Shown one piece after another: positions 36,105 to 39,296 of a stretch of 39,296 nt of DNA (its first letter is position 1; each line of letters opens with the position of its first letter). The DNA comes from Candidatus Nanohalobium sp. (lineage in GTDB: Archaea; Nanohalarchaeota; Nanosalinia; Nanosalinales; Nanosalinaceae). The position numbers and the translations under genes are program-made. The stretch spans positions 1 through 39,296 of the forward strand of contig JBDGSL010000067.1 of NCBI GenBank assembly GCA_042217555.1, read 5' to 3'. The notes below the pieces were generated by a model. The model saw only the letters and a program-made list of their open reading frames with translations. It was not told where the DNA came from and searched no databases.

Positions 36105-37559
36105 TTATTCTTCTACACCTGCCTCTTCAAGCTTCATCTCTAACGCGTTCTTCTTCATCTCACTCATTCCTGTTGAAACATTTGCAGACATGGCGAGATG
36201 GGTTCTTAATCCAATGTTCATGCCTTCCGGGGTCTTGATTGGGCAGATACGGCCCCAGTGCGTAGGATGCAGGTCTCTGGCTTCGAAATGCTGCCTGTCT
36301 GAGCTTAGAGGCGAAACAATGTTTCTCAAGTGGGCTAAAGTTTTAATCCGGTTGTTTCTCTCCAGGCTCTGGCATACGCCGGTTCTACCGCCGACCCAGT
36401 TCCCTGTCGCCATAGCACCCATTATCTGTTTATTCAAGGTATCAGATACCACGGTTGACTGCAGGGACGGAAGTCTTCCACGCTTTGCGGATTTCTGGAA
36501 GTTGTACTTCATACGTGCAACTAATCCCCATTTACCGAGGAAAACACTTCTGAACTGCATCTCAAGGAGTTCTCCTGCCAGGTTCAACCTCTTGTTTGCG
36601 TAGTGGTCAATGTCGTCTTCCGTGATATCTCCCTTTCCAAGTGCGATAACATTTCTTATCATCGTTGCCAGTAGTTCGGCCTTTTCCTCTCTTGCATCCG
36701 GCTCCTGTCCCAGATGTGGAAGCAGGTACTCGTCAAGTATCTTGTCAACCCGTTCCTGAACATCGCTTGTGATACCTGCCTGTCTACCAATGTACTCGTA
36801 GGCCTCCTCCTGGTTTGATGCATCCACCTCGTAAAGATTCAGGTAGACATCTGAGGAGTACTCCTCTCCGATAGCTTCAACTATCTCCTTGTCAGTCTCA
36901 TACCCCAGGGCCCTGATCAATGCGATCGCAGGAGTCTTCTTCACGTTAGCAAAAGAGATGTTCACGATATCCTTGTCACGCACCAGCTGATGTCTCTGAA
37001 CGTAGCCCGAGTTCTCAGAGTTGATCCTACAGGTCTGCTCGCCGTCATCCTCCTGGTAAACCGGTTTGTTGTCCGCAAGCTCCTCCATCGCAATTATGGT
37101 CTTCTCCGAACCATTGATTATGAAGTACCCGCCAGGATCCTCTGGGTCTTCACCGTTCTCACGCATCTCCTCCTCATCCCACTCAGAAGTCCAGCACAGG
37201 TCAGATCCGATCATCACAGGAATCTCTCCGATAGTAACGGTCTCAGGCTCCTGCTTGACACCCTCAAAAATCGGAGTCATCTCAACCTTGATCTCAGAAG
37301 AATACGTAAGATCTCTCATACGGGCCTCACGAGGAGTTATCCTCCGTACAGAACCGTCAGCCTCGTTAATCTTAGGTCTCTCGATCTCTACATCAACAAT
37401 CTTTATCACAAGATCCTCTCCGTCTGGAAGCTCCGGCTCAATACTCCCAACCTCGTTCAGGATAGCCTGAATCCTTTCATCAACGAAACGATTATAGGAC
37501 TCTATCTGGTGTTTTACAACGTTTCTGTCGATCATCTGCTCTAAGAACTCTTCTTTCAT
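36105..37559 (-). CDS. rpo2N: RNA polymerase subunit B'' (Rpo2N)
   Basis: Motifs HQIESYN.F, DPGGYFIINGSEK, DDIDHYANKR and RDLHPTHWGRICP.KTPEG. Confidence 0.98.
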   Translation of the reverse strand: MKEEFLEQMIDRNVVKHQIESYNRFVDERIQAILNEVGSIEPELPDGEDLVIKIVDVEIERPKINEADGSVRRITPREARMRDLTYSSEIKVEMTPIFEGVKQEPETVTIGEIPVMIGSDLCWTSEWDEEEMRENGEDPEDPGGYFIINGSEKTIIAMEELADNKPVYQEDDGEQTCRINSENSGYVQRHQLVRDKDIVNISFANVKKTPAIALIRALGYETDKEIVEAIGEEYSSDVYLNLYEVDASNQEEAYEYIGRQAGITSDVQERVDKILDEYLLPHLGQEPDAREEKAELLATMIRNVIALGKGDITEDDIDHYANKRLNLAGELLEMQFRSVFLGKWGLVARMKYNFQKSAKRGRLPSLQSTVVSDTLNKQIMGAMATGNWVGGRTGVCQSLERNNRIKTLAHLRNIVSPLSSDRQHFEARDLHPTHWGRICPIKTPEGMNIGLRTHLAMSANVSTGMSEMKKNALEMKLEEAGVEE

Positions 37560-37582
37560 TCAAAAATCACCGAAAACCCGGT

Positions 37583-37819
37583 CTACCTTTCTATTACCTT
37601 TCTGTAGTATGTGGTTTTACCGGCTGTTGGAGACTCTCTGTTGATCTCGATAACATCTCCTGCTTCGACATCCATCTGCTTCAGGGCCGCGTCCGTACGC
37701 TCTATCTTCGGAAGATCAGACTTCTCCGCGTCAAACTTCTGGAGAACATCTTCAACTTCTTCTTCACTCATTTTGCGATGTTCAGGAACTGCCCGGTGGT
37801 CACGTACGTCTATAGCCAT
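37583..37819 (-). CDS. rpo5: RNA polymerase subunit H (Rpo5)
   Basis: Motifs H.AVPEH, LPKI..TD and GDVIEINRESPTAG..YYR. Start placed at ATG 37819. Confidence 0.95.
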   Translation of the reverse strand: MAIDVRDHRAVPEHRKMSEEEVEDVLQKFDAEKSDLPKIERTDAALKQMDVEAGDVIEINRESPTAGKTTYYRKVIER

Positions 37820-37939
37820 GGTGGAAATCAACTCTCGAGAGCCTCAAAGAACATTTTTAGCTACAAATAGGAAAACTTGAGCAAACTTTAAATAGGGTGA
37901 GGCCCGGTACCGAAACATACATAAATCGGCCCGATTGAA

Positions 37940-38602
37940 TCACCAGAGGCCTGTTTCCTTTCTCATGCTTGACACCGACCTGCCTACAACGGCATGATCC
38001 AGTACCTCAACTCCCAGTCTGCCGCCCAGTTCGATCAACTCCTCAGTGAACTTGATATCTTCCTCAGTAGCCTCAGCTTTGCCAGAAGGATGGTTGTGCG
38101 CAAGAATCAGTGCTGAAGCATTCGACTGAAGTCCTTTCCTGAAGATCTCCTTTACCTCTACATTAACCGAGCTGATACCTCCGTCGAACTCCTTCTCCCC
38201 CACTATCTCGTTCCCTGAATTCAGATAAAAGACACGTGCCGCCTCCGCTTCCATGAACTTCATGTCTCCGACCTGGGCCTCAACATCGGAGAAAGACTCG
38301 ATCTTCTCTCTTTCCTCCCTCTTCATACGTCTTCCCAGCTCTCCTGCAGCCAGCAACTGACCGGCCTTAACTCTTGAAACGCCGTCAAACTCCTTCAACT
38401 CTTTCAGGCTTCTATCCGCCAGTTCTTCCAGAGAAACACTCTCAAGTATCTCGCCTGAAAGCTCCTTAACATTCTTGCCCTGAATCCCTGTCCTAAGGAT
38501 AATCGAAAGCAGCTCCACATTGCTCAAGGAAGAAACACCCCGCTCCTCCAGCTTCTCTCTTGGCCTCTCAGACTCCGGTAGTTCCTTGACAGTGTAATCC
38601 AT
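37940..38602 (-). CDS. radC: RadC/UPF0758 family JAB-domain protein
   Basis: Start at ATG 38602. Motifs ERPREKL, ELLSIILRTG, HhH GVSRVKA, AHNHPSG....EED and VLDH. Confidence 0.92.
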   Translation of the reverse strand: MDYTVKELPESERPREKLEERGVSSLSNVELLSIILRTGIQGKNVKELSGEILESVSLEELADRSLKELKEFDGVSRVKAGQLLAAGELGRRMKREEREKIESFSDVEAQVGDMKFMEAEAARVFYLNSGNEIVGEKEFDGGISSVNVEVKEIFRKGLQSNASALILAHNHPSGKAEATEEDIKFTEELIELGGRLGVEVLDHAVVGRSVSSMRKETGLW

Positions 38603-38680
38603 AAAACAAAGATAAAACAGGTTACACTTCAAAAAATTTCCCCTTCCAGACTTAACACTTCCCCAGGAAAAAACATCAAC

Positions 38681-39296
38681 ATGAAGAAGATACTCAAAAA
38701 CCCGGATTTCGACGAGGCAGAGGAAATACTGGACGAATACCTCAAAAGAAACTTCACAGTCCAGCTCAACGGATTGTGCATGGTGAACTATCAGGGCCGG
38801 GCAAAATCCAAGCTGGATAAGGGAGAGCGCATGGTGATCAAAAAGCAGGACTCCGCGATCCTGGTGCATGGTCCTGACAACTACCAGCCGAAGAACTGGC
38901 AACCGGAAGTAGACTCATACACTGTTAAAGCGGATGAGGAAGAACTTATACTGAAAGCAAAACGTACGAACCCGGATGAAGTGGTCGAAATACGTTTCGA
39001 GAGGATCGACATGTTAACAGTCGACCAGTTAGTGGACAAATCAGACCTCAAAATCCGCGGCCACGAAGTAGACATCCACGAATCAATAGAAGACGAACCA
39101 GATATAGTCGAAGAAGGCCTCAAAGTAGTGGAGAGGGAAAGAGAAACTCCTGCAGGATTCATCGACGTCTTCGCCCGCGACACAGAGGATAACTACGTGG
39201 TAATAGAAGTCAAGAGAAACCCTGACTACAACACGGTCCTCCAGCTACAGAGATACGTCGACGAGATAGAGGAGGAGTTTTCGGGAAAAATACGGG
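38681..39296 (+). CDS. nucS: Mismatch endonuclease NucS/EndoMS (3' end outside the window)
   Basis: Manual translation gives C.VNYQGRAKSKL..GER, ILVH, P.NWQP, GFIDVFARD, VIEVKR and QLQRY. Confidence 0.93.
   Translation, partial: MKKILKNPDFDEAEEILDEYLKRNFTVQLNGLCMVNYQGRAKSKLDKGERMVIKKQDSAILVHGPDNYQPKNWQPEVDSYTVKADEEELILKAKRTNPDEVVEIRFERIDMLTVDQLVDKSDLKIRGHEVDIHESIEDEPDIVEEGLKVVERERETPAGFIDVFARDTEDNYVVIEVKRNPDYNTVLQLQRYVDEIEEEFSGKIR

Noticed and set aside
22156..37544. Many plus-strand ORFs of 60-213 aa opposite tuf, fusA and the rpo genes
   Set aside because: They are Ser/Phe-rich antisense shadows of acidic coding sequence.
31644..37559. Inteins in RNAP subunits
   Set aside because: Subunit lengths are normal or short, and no intein splice-junction or LAGLIDADG motifs were seen.
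38603..38902. 100-aa N-terminal extension of RadC in the ORF track
   Set aside because: It is antisense to nucS; RadC homology begins at MDYTVKELP (38602).

Overview
This is an archaeal chromosome segment, most consistent with Nanohaloarchaeota (DPANN). That placement is inferred from the very acidic Glu-rich proteins, moderate GC, split rpoA/rpoB, archaeal EF-2, EF-1a and pelota, and short intergenic spaces with TATA boxes about 25 nt upstream of starts. The right half (21.5-39.3 kb) is the conserved minus-strand cluster rpo5-rpo2N-rpo2C-rpo1N-rpo1C-nusA-rps12-rps7-fusA-tuf-rps10. It is interrupted by an ABC1/UbiB kinase, a decaying toxin-antitoxin patch and an orphan ORF, and is flanked by radC and nucS. 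The left half holds dph5 (partial), a vapBC pair, trm5, an AT-richer block of acidic orphans coupled to two large Ig/PKD surface proteins, and an uncharacterised envelope block (three paralogous lipoproteins plus two membrane-anchored proteins). It also holds pelota, htrA and a tRNA-Ser(UGA) with a 112-nt structured intron. No CRISPR array, integrase, transposase or reverse transcriptase was seen. The best novelty candidates are the lipoprotein/envelope block, the tRNA intron, a coupled 26-aa micro-ORF inside the split rpoB, divergent RNA polymerase bridge-helix and trigger-loop motifs, and a sawtooth G+T versus A+C strand skew. All family calls come from motif recognition by eye; no searches were run.
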